Assembly (NCBI GenBank): GCA_964057225.1
Contig: OZ059899.1
Location: 10,974,001-11,038,000, forward strand
Reading direction: 5' to 3'
From: Auanema rhodensis
Taxonomy: Eukaryota > Animalia > Nematoda
DNA length: 64,000 nucleotides
The notes beneath the pieces were generated by a model that was not told the origin of the DNA, did not search any database, and saw nothing but the letters and a program-made list of their open reading frames with translations. The number at the start of each line of letters is the position of its first letter. Position 1 is the stretch's first letter. Positions 29,895 through 44,477 of this stretch are shown here, one piece after another. A program made the position numbers and the translations under genes.

Positions 29895-30486
29895 TACGAA
29901 AGTACGAAATAACAAAGCGCTGATTATAGGAAACGTGAATGAATGCAGATATTCTCAATTCCGATTCATTAACTAGATCGTGGTCAGCATTTTCCAACAT
30001 TGATAAAATAGAAACTGAGAAAAAAACATCAACAAATGACACTATTAACTTGGTTTTTTAACATCTTTTTTATATTTCTTTTTTCACTATGAGAGAACTT
30101 ATATTTATTGCTTTTTCAAAATTTTCCATTTTTAACATTATACATCTTGACTATCACACATTGAGAACAACAGTTGGCAATGTTGGTTGTCACGTCATAT
30201 TTCATGCAGTTAGATTTTCAGACACATTAATACCTTTAACCATTCTTCTTATGAGTTTTGTAACGATAGATCGTAATAGGATATGAATTGCTATAATATG
30301 AAAAAATACAAGACATAGTCAACATTGATTTCCCCAAATAGTATCATGTTTGCTTGTTATTCAATTAGAACACTTTTTTTTTTGATTGTTTTCTTGAAAT
30401 ATTCTTTTTTTTCTTTAACAAAGTTATGACTGAGATCAAAATTTGAATTTACTTTTGAACAATTAAACAGAAATTTAAAAAATATT

Positions 30487-30560
30487 TGCCGCCAGCAAGG
30501 GTCGAATCTGCGACCTTGGGCTTATTAGACCCACGCTCTAACCGACTGAGCTATGGCGGC
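30487..30560 (-). tRNA. trnI: tRNA-Ile(AAT), T-stem variant (G53A, C62T)
   Basis: GCAGA TTCGACC CTTGC. Confidence 0.85.
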
Positions 30561-31153
30561 TACGAAAGTACGAAATAACAAAGCGCTGATTATAGGAAAC
30601 GTGAATGAATGCAGATATTCTCAATTCCGATTCATTAACTAGATCGTGGTCAGCATTTTACAACATTGATAAAATAGAAACTGAGAAAAAAACATCAACA
30701 AATGACACTATTAACTTGGTTTTTTTAACAGCTTTTTTATATTTCTTTTTTCACTATGAGAGAACTTATATTTATTGCTTTTTCAAAATTTTCCATTTTT
30801 AACATTATACATCTTGACTATCACACATTGAGAACAACAGTTGGCAATGTTGGTTGTCACGTCATATTTCATGCAGTTAGATTTTCAGACACATTAATAC
30901 CTTTGACCATTCTTCTTATGAGTTTTGTAACGATAGATCGTAATAGGAAATGAATTGCTATAATATGAAAAAATACAAGACATAGTCAACATTGATTTCC
31001 GAAAATAGTATCATGTTTGCTTGTTATTCAATTAGAACACTTATTTTTTGATTGTTTTCTTGAAATATTCTTTTTTTTTCTTTAACAAAGTTATGACTGA
31101 GATCAAAATTTGAACTTACTTTTGAACAATTAAACAGAAATTTAAAAAATATT

Positions 31154-31227
31154 TGCCGCCAGCAGGGTTCGAACCTGCGACCTTGGGCTTATTAGACCCA
31201 CGTTCTAACCGACTGAGCTATGGCGGC
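31154..31227 (-). tRNA. trnI: tRNA-Ile(AAT), G24A/C59A variant
   Basis: D-stem GAAC, T-loop TTCGAAC. Confidence 0.88.
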
Positions 31228-31819
31228 TACGAAAGTACGAAATAACAAAGCGCTGATTATAGGAAACGTGAATGAATGCAGATATTCTCAATTCCGATTC
31301 ATTAACTAGATCGTGGTCAGCATTTTACAACATTGATAAAATAGAAACTGAGAAAAAACATCAACAAATGACACTATTAACTTGGTTTTTTGAACAGCTT
31401 TTTTATATTTCTTTTTTCACTATGAGAGAACTTATATTTATTGCTTTTTCAAAATTTTCCATTTTTAACATTATACATCTTGACTATCACACATTGAGAA
31501 CAACAGTTGGCAATGTTGGTTGTCACGTCATATTTCATGCAGTTAGATTTTCAGACACATTAATACCTTTAACCATTCTTCTTATGAGTTTTGTAACGAT
31601 AGATCGTAATAGGATATGAATTGCTATAATATGAAAAAATACAAGACATAGTCAACATTGATTTCCCCAAATAGTATCATGTTTGCTTGTTATTCAATTA
31701 TAACACTTTTTTTTTTGATTGTTTTCTTGAAATATTCTTTTTTTTCTTTAACAAAGTTATGACTGAGATCAAAATTTGAACTTACTTTTGAACAATTAAA
31801 CAGAAATTTAAAAAATATT

Positions 31820-31893
31820 TGCCGCCAGCAGGGGTCGAACCTGCGACCTTGGGCTTATTAGACCCACGCTCTAACCGACTGAGCTATGGCGGC
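31820..31893 (-). tRNA. trnI: tRNA-Ile(AAT)
   Basis: Consensus cloverleaf. Confidence 0.96.
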
Positions 31894-32484
31894 TACGAAA
31901 GTACGAAATAACAAAGCGCTGATTATAGGAAACGTGAATGAATGCAGATATTCTCAATTCCGATTCATTAACTAGATCGTGGTCAGCATTTTACAACATT
32001 GATAAAATAGAAACTGAGAAAAAAACATCAACAAATAACACTATTAACTTGGTTTTTTAACAGCTTTTTTATATTTCTTTTTTCACTATGAGAGAACTTA
32101 TATTTAATGCTTTTTCAAAATTTTCCATTTTTAACATTACACATCTTGACTATCACACATTGAGAACAACAGTTGGCAATGTTGGTTGTCACGTCATATT
32201 TCATGCAGTTAGATTTTCAGACACATTAATACCTTTGACCATTCTTCTTATGAGTTTTGTAACGATAGATCGTAATAGGATATGAATTGCTATAATATGA
32301 AAAAATACAAGACATAGTCAACATTGATTTCCCCAAATAGTATCATGTTTGCTTGTTATTCAATTAGAACACTTTTTTTTTGATTGTTTTCTTGAAATAT
32401 TCTTTTTTTTCTTTAACAAAGTTATGACTGAGATCAAAATTTGAACTTACTTTTGAACAATTAAACAGAAATTTAAAAAATATT

Positions 32485-32558
32485 TGCCGCGAGCAGGGGT
32501 CGAACCTGCGACCTTGGGCTTATTAGACCCACGCTCTAACCGACTGAGCTATGGCGGC
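32485..32558 (-). tRNA. trnI: tRNA-Ile(AAT), acceptor-stem variant
   Basis: One acceptor mismatch. Confidence 0.9.
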
Positions 32559-33149
32559 TACGAAAGTACGAAATAACAAAGCGCTGATTATAGGAAACGT
32601 GAATGAATGCAGATATTCTCAATTCCGATTCATTAACTAGATCGTGGTCAGCATTTTACAACATTGATAAAATAGAAACTGAGAAAAAAACATCAACAAA
32701 TGACACTATTAACTTGGTTTTTTAACATCTTTTTTATATTTCTTTTTTCACTATGAGAGAACTTATATTTATTGCTTTTTCAAAATTTTCCATTTTTAAC
32801 ATTATACATCTTGACTATCACACATTGAGAACAACAGTTGGCAATGTTGGTTGTCACGTCATATTTCATGCAGTTAGATTTTCAGACACATTAATACCTT
32901 TGACCATTCTTCTTATGAGTTTTGTAACGATAGATCGTAATAGGATATGAATTGCTATAATATGAAAAAATACAAGACATAGTCAACATTGATTTCCAAA
33001 AATAGTATCATGTTTGCTTGTTATTCAATTAGAACACTTATTTTTTGATTGTTTTCTTGAAATATTCTTTTTTTTCTTTAACAAAGTTATGACTGAGATC
33101 AAAATTTGAACTTACTTTTGAACAATTAAACAGAAATTTAAAAAATATT

Positions 33150-33223
33150 TGCCGCCAGCAAGGGTCGAATCTGCGACCTTGGGCTTATTAGACCCACGCT
33201 CTAACCGACTGAGCTATGGCGGC
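33150..33223 (-). tRNA. trnI: tRNA-Ile(AAT), T-stem variant
   Basis: G53A, C62T. Confidence 0.85.
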
Positions 33224-33815
33224 TACGAAAGTACGAAATAACAAAGCGCTGATTATAGGAAACGTGAATGAATGCAGATATTCTCATTTCCGATTCATTA
33301 ACTAGATCGTGGTCAGCATTTTACAACATTGATAAAATAGAAACTGAGAAAAAACATCAACAAATGACACTATTAACTTGGTTTTTTGAACAGCTTTTTT
33401 ATATTTCTTTTTTCACTATGAGAGAACTTATATTTAATGCTTTTTCAAAATTTTCCATTTTTAACATTATACATCTTGACTATAACACATTGAGAACAAC
33501 AGTTGGCAATGTTGGTTGTCACGTCATATTTCATGCAGTTAGATTTTCAGACACATTAATACCTTTGACCATTCTTCTTATGAGTTTTGTAACGATAGAT
33601 CGTAATAGGAAATGAATTGCTATAATATGAAAAAATACAAGACATAGTCAACATTGATTTCCAAAAATAGTATCATGTTTGCTTGTTATTCAATTAGAAC
33701 ACTTATTTTTTGATTGTTTTCTTGAAATATTCTTTTTTTTTCTTTAACAAAGTTATGACTGAGATCAAAATTTGAACTTACTTTTGAACAATTAAACAGA
33801 AATTTAAAAAATATT

Positions 33816-33889
33816 TGCCGCCAGCAGGGGTCGAACCTGCGACCTTGGGCTTATTAGACCCACGCTCTAACCGACTGAGCTATGGCGGC
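33816..33889 (-). tRNA. trnI: tRNA-Ile(AAT)
   Basis: Consensus cloverleaf. Confidence 0.96.
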
Positions 33890-34481
33890 TACGAAAGTAC
33901 GAAATAACAAAGCGCTGATTATAGGAAACGTGAATGAATGCAGATATTCTCAATTCCGATTCATTAACTAGATCGTGGTCAGCATTTTACAACATTGATA
34001 AAATAGAAACTGAGAAAAAAACATCAACAAATAACACTATTAACTTGGTTTTTTAACAGCTTTTTTATATTTCTTTTTTCACTATGAGAGAACTTATATT
34101 TAATGCTTTTTCAAAATTTTCCATTTTTAACATTATACATCTTGACTATAACACATTGAGAACAACAGTTGGCAATGTTGGTTGTCACGTCATATTTCAT
34201 GCAGTTAGATTTTCAGACACATTAATACCTTTGACCATTCTTCTTATGAGTTTTGTAACGATAGATCGTAATAGGAAATGAATTGCTATAATATGAAAAA
34301 ATACAAGACATAGTCAACATTGATTTCCAAAAATAGTATCAAGTTTGCTTGTTATTCAATTAGAACACTTATTTTTTGATTGTTTTCTTGAAATATTCTT
34401 TTTTTTTCTTTAACAAAGTTATGACTGAGATCAAAATTTGAACTTACTTTTGAACAATTAAACAGAAATTTTAAAAATATT

Positions 34482-34555
34482 TGCCGCCAGCAGGGGTCGA
34501 ACCTGCGACCTTGGGCTTATTAGACCCACGCTCTAACCGACTGAGCTATGGCGGC
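34482..34555 (-). tRNA. trnI: tRNA-Ile(AAT)
   Basis: Consensus cloverleaf. Confidence 0.96.
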
Positions 34556-35147
34556 TACGAAAGTACGATATAACAAAGCGCTGATTATAGGAAACGTGAA
34601 TGAATGCAGATATTCTCAATTCCGATTCATTAACTAGATCGTGGTCAGCATTTTACAACATTGATAAAATAGAAACTGAGAAAAAACATCAACAAATGAC
34701 ACTATTAACTTGGTTTTTTTAACAGCTTTTTTATATGTCTTTTTTCACTATGAGAGAACTTATATTTATTGCTTTTTCAAAATTTTCCATTTTTAACATT
34801 ATACATCTTGACTATCACACATTGAGAACAACAGTTGGCAATGTTGGTTGTCACGTCATATTTCATGCAGTTAGATTTTCAGACACATTAATACCTTTAA
34901 CCATTCTTCTTATGAGTTTTGTAACGATAGATCGTAATAGGATATGAATTGCTATAATATGAAAAAATACAAGACATAGTCAACATTGATTTCCCCAAAT
35001 AGTATCATGTTTGCTTGTTATTCAATTAGAACACTTTTTTTTTTGATTGTTTTCTTGAAATATTCTTTTTTTTCTTTAACAAAGTTATGACTGAGATCAA
35101 AATTTGAACTTACTTTTGAACAATTAAACAGAAATTTAAAAAATATT

Positions 35148-35221
35148 TGCCGCCAGCAAGGGTCGAATCTGCGACCTTGGGCTTATTAGACCCACGCTCT
35201 AACCGACTGAGCTATGGCGGC
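35148..35221 (-). tRNA. trnI: tRNA-Ile(AAT), T-stem variant
   Basis: G53A, C62T. Confidence 0.85.
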
Positions 35222-35814
35222 TACGAAAGTACGAAATAACAAAGCGCTGATTATAGGAAACGTGAATGAATGCAGATATTCTCAATTCCGATTCATTAAC
35301 TAGATCGTGGTCAGCATTTTACAACATTGATAAAATAGAAACTGAGAAAAAAACATCAACAAATGACACTATTAACTTGGTTTTTTTAACAGCTTTTTTA
35401 TATTTCTTTTTTCACTATGAGAGAACTTATATTTATTGCTTTTTCAAAATTTTCCATTTTTAACATTATACATCTTGACTATCACACATTGAGAACAACA
35501 GTTGGCAATGTTGGTTGTCACGTCATATTTCATGCAGTTAGATTTTCAGACACATTAATACCTTTGACCATTCTTCTTATGAGTTTTGTAACGATAGATC
35601 GTAATAGGAAATGAATTGCTATAATATGAAAAAATACAAGACATAGTCAACATTGATTTCCGAAAATAGTATCATGTTTGCTTGTTATTCAATTAGAACA
35701 CTTATTTTTTGATTGTTTTCTTGAAATATTCTTTTTTTTTCTTTAACAAAGTTATGACTGAGATCAAAATTTGAACTTACTTTTGAACAATTAAACAGAA
35801 ATTTAAAAAATATT

Positions 35815-35888
35815 TGCCGCCAGCAGGGTTCGAACCTGCGACCTTGGGCTTATTAGACCCACGTTCTAACCGACTGAGCTATGGCGGC
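35815..35888 (-). tRNA. trnI: tRNA-Ile(AAT), G24A/C59A variant
   Basis: D-stem GAAC, T-loop TTCGAAC. Confidence 0.88.
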
Positions 35889-36479
35889 TACGAAAGTACG
35901 AAATAACAAAGCGCTGATTATAGGAAACGTGAATGAATGCAGATATTCTCAATTCCGATTCATTAACTAGATCGTGGTCAGCATTTTACAACATTGATAA
36001 AATAGAAACTGAGAAAAAACATCAACAAATGACACTATTAACTTGGTTTTTTGAACAGCTTTTTTATATTTCTTTTTTCACTATGAGAGAACTTATATTT
36101 ATTGCTTTTTCAAAATTTTCCATTTTTAACATTATACATCTTGACTATCACACATTGAGAACAACAGTTGGCAATGTTGGTTGTCACGTCATATTTCATG
36201 CAGTTAGATTTTCAGACACATTAATACCTTTAACCATTCTTCTTATGAGTTTTGTAACGATAGATCGTAATAGGATATGAATTGCTATAATATGAAAAAA
36301 TACAAGACATAGTCAACATTGATTTCCCCAAATAGTATCATGTTTGCTTGTTATTCAATTATAACACTTTTTTTTTGATTGTTTTCTTGAAATATTCTTT
36401 TTTTTCTTTAACAAAGTTATGACTGAGATCAAAATTTGAACTTACTTTTGAACAATTAAACAGAAATTTTAAAAATATT

Positions 36480-36553
36480 TGCCGCCAGCAGGGGTCGAAC
36501 CTGCGACCTTGGGCTTATTAGACCCACGCTCTAACCGACTGAGCTATGGCGGC
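36480..36553 (-). tRNA. trnI: tRNA-Ile(AAT)
   Basis: Consensus cloverleaf. Confidence 0.96.
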
Positions 36554-37147
36554 TACGAAAGTACGAAATAACAAAGCGCTGATTATAGGAAACGTGAATG
36601 AATGCAGATATTCTCAATTCCGATTCATTAACTAGATCGTGGTCAGCATTTTACAACATTGATAAAATAGAAACTGAGAAAAAAACATCAACAAATGACA
36701 CTATTAACTTGGTTTTTTTAACAGCTTTTTTATATTTCTTTTTTCACTATGAGAGAACTTATATTTATTGCTTTTTCAAAATTTTCCATTTTTAACATTA
36801 TACATCTTGACTATCACACATTGAGAACAACAGTTGGCAATGTTGGTTGTCACGTCATGTTTCATGCAGTTAGATTTTCAGACACATTAATACCTTTGAC
36901 CATTCTTCTTATGAGTTTTGTAACGATAGATCGTAATAGGAAATGAATTGCTATAATATGAAAAAATACAAGACATAGTCAACATTGATTTCCCCAAATA
37001 GTATCATGTTTGCTTGTTATTCAATTAGAACACTTATTTTTTGATTGTTTTCTTGAAATATTCTTTTTTTTTTCTTTAACAAAGTTATGACTGAGATCAA
37101 AATTTGAACTTACTTTTGAACAATTAAACAGAAATTTAAAAAATATT

Positions 37148-37221
37148 TGCCGCCAGCAGGGGTCGAACCTGCGACCTTGGGCTTATTAGACCCACGTTCT
37201 AACCGACTGAGCTATGGCGGC
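37148..37221 (-). tRNA. trnI: tRNA-Ile(AAT), G24A variant
   Basis: D-stem GAAC. Confidence 0.88.
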
Positions 37222-37812
37222 TACGAAAGTACGAAATAACAAAGCGCTGATTATAGGAAACGTGAATGAATGCAGATATTCTCAATTCCGATTCATTAAC
37301 TAGATCGTGGTCAGCATTTTACAACATTGATAAAATAGAAACTGAGAAAAAACATCAACAAATGACACTATTAACTTGGTTTTTTGAACAGCTTTTTTAT
37401 ATTTCTTTTTTCACTATGAGAGAACTTATATTTATTGCTTTTTCAAAATTTTCCATTTTTAACATTATACATCTTGACTATCACACATTGAGAACAACAG
37501 TTGGCAATGTTGGTTGTCACGTCATATTTCATGCAGTTAGATTTTCAGACACATTAATACCTTTAACCATTCTTCTTATGAGTTTTGTAACGATAGATCG
37601 TAATAGGATATGAATTGCTATAATATGAAAAAATACAAGACATAGTCAACATTGATTTCCCCAAATAGTATCATGTTTGCTTGTTATTCAATTATAACAC
37701 TTTTTTTTTGATTGTTTTCTTGAAATATTCTTTTTTTTCTTTAACAAAGTTATGACTGAGATCAAAATTTGAACTTACTTTTGAACAATTAAACAGAAAT
37801 TTAAAAAATATT

Positions 37813-37886
37813 TGCCGCCAGCAGGGGTCGAACCTGCGACCTTGGGCTTATTAGACCCACGCTCTAACCGACTGAGCTATGGCGGC
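37813..37886 (-). tRNA. trnI: tRNA-Ile(AAT)
   Basis: Consensus cloverleaf. Confidence 0.96.
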
Positions 37887-38477
37887 TACGAAAGAACGAA
37901 ATAACAAAGCGCTGATTATAGGAAACGTGAATGAATGCAGATATTCTCAATTCCGATTCATGAACTAGATCGTGGTCAGCATTTTACAACATTGATAAAA
38001 TAGAAACTGAGAAAAAACATCAACAAATGACACTATTAACTTGGTTTTTTAACATCTTTTTTATATTTCTTTTTTCACTATGAGAGAACTTATATTTATT
38101 GCTTTTTCAAAATTTTCCATTTTTAACATTATACATCTTGACTATCACACATTGAGAACAACAGTTGGCAATGTTGGTTGTCACGTCATATTTCATGCAG
38201 TTAGATTTTCAGACACATTAATACCTTTAACCATTCTTCTTATGAGTTTTGTAACGATAGATCGTAATAGGATATGAATTGCTATAATATGAAAAAATAC
38301 AAGACATAGTCAACATTGATTTCCCCAAATAGTATCATGTTTGCTTGTTATTCAATTAGAACACTTTTTTTTTTGATTGTTTTCTTGAAATATTCTTTTT
38401 TTTCTTTAACAAAGTTATGACTGAGATCAAAATTTGAACTTACTTTTGAACAATTAAACAGAAATTTAAAAAATATT

Positions 38478-38551
38478 TGCCGCCAGCAAGGGTCGAATCT
38501 GCGACCTTGGGCTTATTAGACCCACGCTCTAACCGACTGAGCTATGGCGGC
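38478..38551 (-). tRNA. trnI: tRNA-Ile(AAT), T-stem variant
   Basis: G53A, C62T. Confidence 0.85.
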
Positions 38552-39145
38552 TACGAAAGTACGAAATAACAAAGCGCTGATTATAGGAAACGTGAATGAA
38601 TGCAGATATTCTCAATTCCGATTCATTAACTAGATCGTGGTCAGCATTTTACAACATTGATAAAATAGAAACTGAGAAAAAAACATCAACAAATGACACT
38701 ATTAACTTGGTTTTTTTAACAGCTTTTTTATATTTCTTTTTTCACTATGAGAGAACTTATATTTATTGCTTTTTCAAAATTTTCCATTTTTAACATTATA
38801 CATCTTGACTATCACACATTGAGAACAACAGTTGGCAATGTTGGTTGTCACGTCATATTTCATGCAGTTAGATTTTCAGACACATTAATACCTTTGACCA
38901 TTCTTCTTATGAGTTTTGTAACGATAGATCGTAATAGGAAATGAATTGCTATAATATGAAAAAATACAAGACATAGTCAACATTGATTTCCGAAAATAGT
39001 ATCATGTTTGCTTGTTATTCAATTAGAACACTTATTTTTTGATTGTTTTCTTGAAATATTCTTTTTTTTTTCTTTAACAAAGTTATGACTGAGATCAAAA
39101 TTTGAACTTACTTTCGAACAATTAAACAGAAATTTAAAAAATATT

Positions 39146-39219
39146 TGCCGCCAGCAGGGTTCGAACCTGCGACCTTGGGCTTATTAGACCCACGTTCTAA
39201 CCGACTGAGCTATGGCGGC
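39146..39219 (-). tRNA. trnI: tRNA-Ile(AAT), G24A/C59A variant
   Basis: D-stem GAAC, T-loop TTCGAAC. Confidence 0.88.
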
Positions 39220-39811
39220 TACGAAAGTACGAAATAACAAAGCGCTGATTATAGGAAACGTGAATGAATGCAGATATTCTCAATTCCGATTCATTAACTA
39301 GATCGTGGTCAGCATTTTACAACATTGATAAAATAGAAACTGAGAAAAAACATCAACAAATGACACTATTAACTTGGTTTTTTGAACAGCTTTTTTATAT
39401 TTCTTTTTTCACTATGAGAGAACTTATATTTATTGCTTTTTCAAAATTTTCCATTTTTAACATTATACATCTTGACTATCACACATTGAGAACAACAGTT
39501 GGCAATGTTGGTTGTCACGTCATATTTCATGCAGTTAGATTTTCAGACACATTAATACCTTTAACCATTCTTCTTATGAGTTTTGTAACGATAGATCGTA
39601 ATAGGAAATGAATTGCTATAATATGAAAAAATACAAGACATAGTCAACATTGATTTCCCCAAATAGTATCATGTTTGCTTGTTATTCAATTAGAACACTT
39701 TTTTTTTTGATTGTTTTCTTGAAATATTCTTTTTTTTCTTTAACAAAGTTATGACTGAGATCAAAATTTGAACTTACTTTTGAACAATTAAACAGAAATT
39801 TAAAAAATATT

Positions 39812-39885
39812 TGCCGCCAGCAAGGGTCGAATCTGCGACCTTGGGCTTATTAGACCCACGCTCTAACCGACTGAGCTATGGCGGC
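39812..39885 (-). tRNA. trnI: tRNA-Ile(AAT), T-stem variant
   Basis: G53A, C62T. Confidence 0.85.
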
Positions 39886-40478
39886 TACGAAAGTACGAAA
39901 TAACAAAGCGCTGATTATAGGAAACGTGAATGAATGCAGATATTCTCAATTCCGATTCATTAACTAGATCGTGGTCAGCATTTTACAACATTGATAAAAT
40001 AGAAACTGAGAAAAAAACATCAACAAATGACACTATTAACTTGGTTTTTTTAACAGCTTTTTTATATTTCTTTTTTCACTATGAGAGAACTTATATTTAT
40101 TGCTTTTTCAAAATTTTCCATTTTTAACATTATACATCTTGACTATCACACATTGAGAACAACAGTTGGCAATGTTGGTTGTCACGTCATATTTCATGCA
40201 GTTAGATTTTCAGACACATTAATACCTTTGACCATTCTTCTTATGAGTTTTGTAACGATAGATCGTAATAGGAAATGAATTGCTATAATATGAAAAAATA
40301 CAAGACATAGTCAACATTGATTTCCGAAAATAGTATCATGTTTGCTTGTTATTCAATTAGAACACTTATTTTTTGATTGTTTTCTTGAAATATTCTTTTT
40401 TTTTCTTTAACAAAGTTATGACTGAGATCAAAATTTGAACTTACTTTTGAACAATTAAACAGAAATTTAAAAAATATT

Positions 40479-40552
40479 TGCCGCCAGCAGGGTTCGAACC
40501 TGCGACCTTGGGCTTATTAGACCCACGTTCTAACCGACTGAGCTATGGCGGC
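40479..40552 (-). tRNA. trnI: tRNA-Ile(AAT), G24A/C59A variant
   Basis: D-stem GAAC, T-loop TTCGAAC. Confidence 0.88.
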
Positions 40553-41144
40553 TACGAAAGTACGAAATAACAAAGCGCTGATTATAGGAAACGTGAATGA
40601 ATGCAGATATTCTCAATTCCGATTCATTAACTAGATCGTGGTCAGCATTTTACAACATTGATAAAATAGAAACTGAGAAAAAACATCAACAAATGACACT
40701 ATTAACTTGGTTTTTTGAACAGCTTTTTTATATTTCTTTTTTCACTATGAGAGAACTTATATTTATTGCTTTTTCAAAATTTTCCATTTTTAACATTATA
40801 CATCTTGACTATCACACATTGAGAACAACAGTTGGCAATGTTGGTTGTCACGTCATATTTCATGCAGTTAGATTTTCAGACACATTAATACCTTTAACCA
40901 TTCTTCTTATGAGTTTTGTAACGATAGATCGTAATAGGATATGAATTGCTATAATATGAAAAAATACAAGACATAGTCAACATTGATTTCCCCAAATAGT
41001 ATCATGTTTGCTTGTTATTCAATCATAACACTTTTTTTTTTGATTGTTTTCTTGAAATATTCTTTTTTTTCTTTAACAAAGTTATGACTGAGATCAAAAT
41101 TTGAACTTACTTTTGAACAATTAAACAGAAATTTAAAAAATATT

Positions 41145-41218
41145 TGCCGCGAGCAGGGGTCGAACCTGCGACCTTGGGCTTATTAGACCCACGCTCTAAC
41201 CGACTGAGCTATGGCGGC
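41145..41218 (-). tRNA. trnI: tRNA-Ile(AAT), acceptor-stem variant
   Basis: One acceptor mismatch. Confidence 0.9.
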
Positions 41219-41809
41219 TACGAAAGTACGAAATAACAAAGCGCTGATTATAGGAAACGTGAATGAATGCAGATATTCTCAATTCCGATTCATTAACTAG
41301 ATCGTGGTCAGCATTTTACAACATTGATAAAATAGAAACTGAGAAAAAAACATCAACAAATGACACTATTAACTTGGTTTTTTAACATCTTTTTTATATT
41401 TCTTTTTTCACTATGAGAGAACTTATATTTATTGCTTTTTCAAAATTTTCCATTTTTAACATTATACATCTTGACTATCACACATTGAGAACAACAGTTG
41501 GCAATGTTGGTTGTCACGTCATATTTCATGCAGTTAGATTTTCAGACACATTAATACCTTTGACCATTCTTCTTATGAGTTTTGTAACGATAGATCGTAA
41601 TAGGATATGAATTGCTATAATATGAAAAAATACAAGACATAGTCAACATTGATTTCCAAAAATAGTATCATGTTTGCTTGTTATTCAATTAGAACACTTA
41701 TTTTTTGATTGTTTTCTTGAAATATTCTTTTTTTTCTTTAACAAAGTTATGACTGAGATCAAAATTTGAACTTACTTTTGAACAATTAAACAGAAATTTA
41801 AAAAATATT

Positions 41810-41883
41810 TGCCGCGAGCAGGGGTCGAACCTGCGACCTTGGGCTTATTAGACCCACGCTCTAACCGACTGAGCTATGGCGGC
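41810..41883 (-). tRNA. trnI: tRNA-Ile(AAT), acceptor-stem variant
   Basis: One acceptor mismatch. Confidence 0.9.
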
Positions 41884-42476
41884 TACGAAAGTACGAAATA
41901 ACAAAGCGCTGATTATAGGAAACGTGAATGAATGCAGATATTCTCAATTCCGATTCATTAACTAGATCGTGGTCAGCATTTTACAACATTGATAAAATAG
42001 AAACTGAGAAAAAAACATCAACAAATGACACTATTAACTTGGTTTTTTTAACAGCTTTTTTATATTTCTTTTTTCACTATGAGAGAACTTATATTTATTG
42101 CTTTTTCAAAATTTTCCATTTTTAACATTATACATCTTGACTATCACACATTGAGAACAACAGTTGGCAATGTTGGTTGTCACGTCATGTTTCATGCAGT
42201 TAGATTTTCAGACACATTAATACCTTTGACCATTCTTCTTATGAGTTTTGTAACGATAGATCGTAATAGGAAATGAATTGCTATAATATGAAAAAATACA
42301 AGACATAGTCAACATTGATTTCCGAAAATAGTATCATGTTTGCTTGTTATTCAATTAGAACACTTATTTTTTGATTGTTTTCTTGAAATATTCTTTTTTT
42401 TTCTTTAACAAAGTTATGACTGAGATCAAAATTTGAACTTACTTTTGAACAATTAAACAGAAATTTAAAAAATATT

Positions 42477-42550
42477 TGCCGCCAGCAGGGGTCGAACCTG
42501 CGACCTTGGGCTTATTAGACCCACGTTCTAACCGACTGAGCTATGGCGGC
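42477..42550 (-). tRNA. trnI: tRNA-Ile(AAT), G24A variant
   Basis: D-stem GAAC. Confidence 0.88.
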
Positions 42551-43142
42551 TACGAAAGTACGAAATAACAAAGCGCTGATTATAGGAAACGTGAATGAAT
42601 GCAGATATTCTCAATTCCGATTCATTAACTAGATCGTGGTCAGCATTTTACAACATTGATAAAATAGAAACTGAGAAAAAACATCAACAAATGACACTAT
42701 TAACTTGGTTTTTTGAACAGCTTTTTTATATTTCTTTTTTCACTATGAGAGAACTTATATTTATTGCTTTTTCAAAATTTTCCATTTTTAACATTATACA
42801 TCTTGACTATCACACATTGAGAACAACAGTTGGCAATGTTGGTTGTCACGTCATATTTCATGCAGTTAGATTTTCAGACACATTAATACCTTTAACCATT
42901 CTTCTTAGGAGTTTTGTAACGATAGATCGTAATAGGATATGAATTGCTATAATATGAAAAAATACAAGACATAGTCAACATTGATTTCCCCAAATAGTAT
43001 CATGTTTGCTTGTTATTCGATTATAACACTTTTTTTTTTGATTGTTTTCTTGAAATATTCTTTTTTTTCTTTAACAAAGTTATGACTGAGATCAAAATTT
43101 GAACTTACTTTTGAACAATTAAACAGAAATTTAAAAAATATT

Positions 43143-43216
43143 TGCCGCCAGCAAGGGTCGAATCTGCGACCTTGGGCTTATTAGACCCACGCTCTAACCG
43201 ACTGAGCTATGGCGGC
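43143..43216 (-). tRNA. trnI: tRNA-Ile(AAT), T-stem variant
   Basis: G53A, C62T. Confidence 0.85.
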
Positions 43217-43809
43217 TACGAAAGTACGAAATAACAAAGCGCTGATTATAGGAAACGTGAATGAATGCAGATATTCTCAATTCCGATTCATTAACTAGAT
43301 CGTGGTCAGCATTTTACAACATTGATAAAATAGAAACTGAGAAAAAAACATCAACAAATGACACTATTAACTTGGTTTTTTTAACAGCTTTTTTATATTT
43401 CTTTTTTCACTATGAGAGAACTTATATTTATTGCTTTTTCAAAATTTTCCATTTTTAACATTATACATCTTGACTATCACACATTGAGAACAACAGTTGG
43501 CAATGTTGGTTGTCACGTCATATTTCATGCAGTTAAATTTTCAGACACATTAATACCTTTGACCATTCTTCTTATGAGTTTTGTAACGATAGATCGTAAT
43601 AGGAAATGAATCGCTATAATATGAAAAAATACAAGACATAGTCAACATTGATTTCCAAAAATAGTATCATGTTTGCTTGTTATTCAATTAGAACACTTAT
43701 TTTTTGATTGTTTTCTTGAAATATTCTTTTTTTTTCTTTAACAAAGTTATGACTGAGATCAAAATTTGAACTTACTTTTGAACAATTAAACAGAAATTTA
43801 AAAAATATT

Positions 43810-43883
43810 TGCCGCCAGCAGGGGTCGAACCTGCGACCTTGGGCTTATTAGACCCACGCTCTAACCGACTGAGCTATGGCGGC
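43810..43883 (-). tRNA. trnI: tRNA-Ile(AAT)
   Basis: Consensus cloverleaf. Confidence 0.96.
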
Positions 43884-44477
43884 TACGAAAGTACGAAATA
43901 ACAAAGCGCTGATTATAGGAAACGTGAATGAATGCAGATATTCTCAATTCCGATTCATTAACTAGATCGTGGTCAGCATTTTACAACATTGATAAAATAG
44001 AAACTGAGAAAAAAACATCAACAAATGACACTATTAACTTGGTTTTTTTAACAGCTTTTTTATATTTCTTTTTTCACTATGAGAGAACTTATATTTATTG
44101 CTTCTTCAAAATTTTCCATTTTTAACATTATACATCTTGACTATCACACATTGAGAACAACAGTTGGCAATGTTGGTTGTCACGTCATGTTTCATGCAGT
44201 TAGATTTTCAGACACATTAATACCTTTAACCATTCTTCTTATGAGTTTTGTAACGATAGATCGTAATAGGAAATGAATTGCTATAATATGAAAAAATACA
44301 AGACATAGTCAACATTGATTTCCGAAAATAGTATCATGTTTGCTTGTTATTCAATTAGAACACTTATTTTTTGATTGTTTTCTTGAAATATTCTTTTTTT
44401 TTTCTTTAACAAAGTTATGACTGAGATCAAAATTTGAACTTACTTTTGAACAATTAAACAGAAATTTAAAAAATATT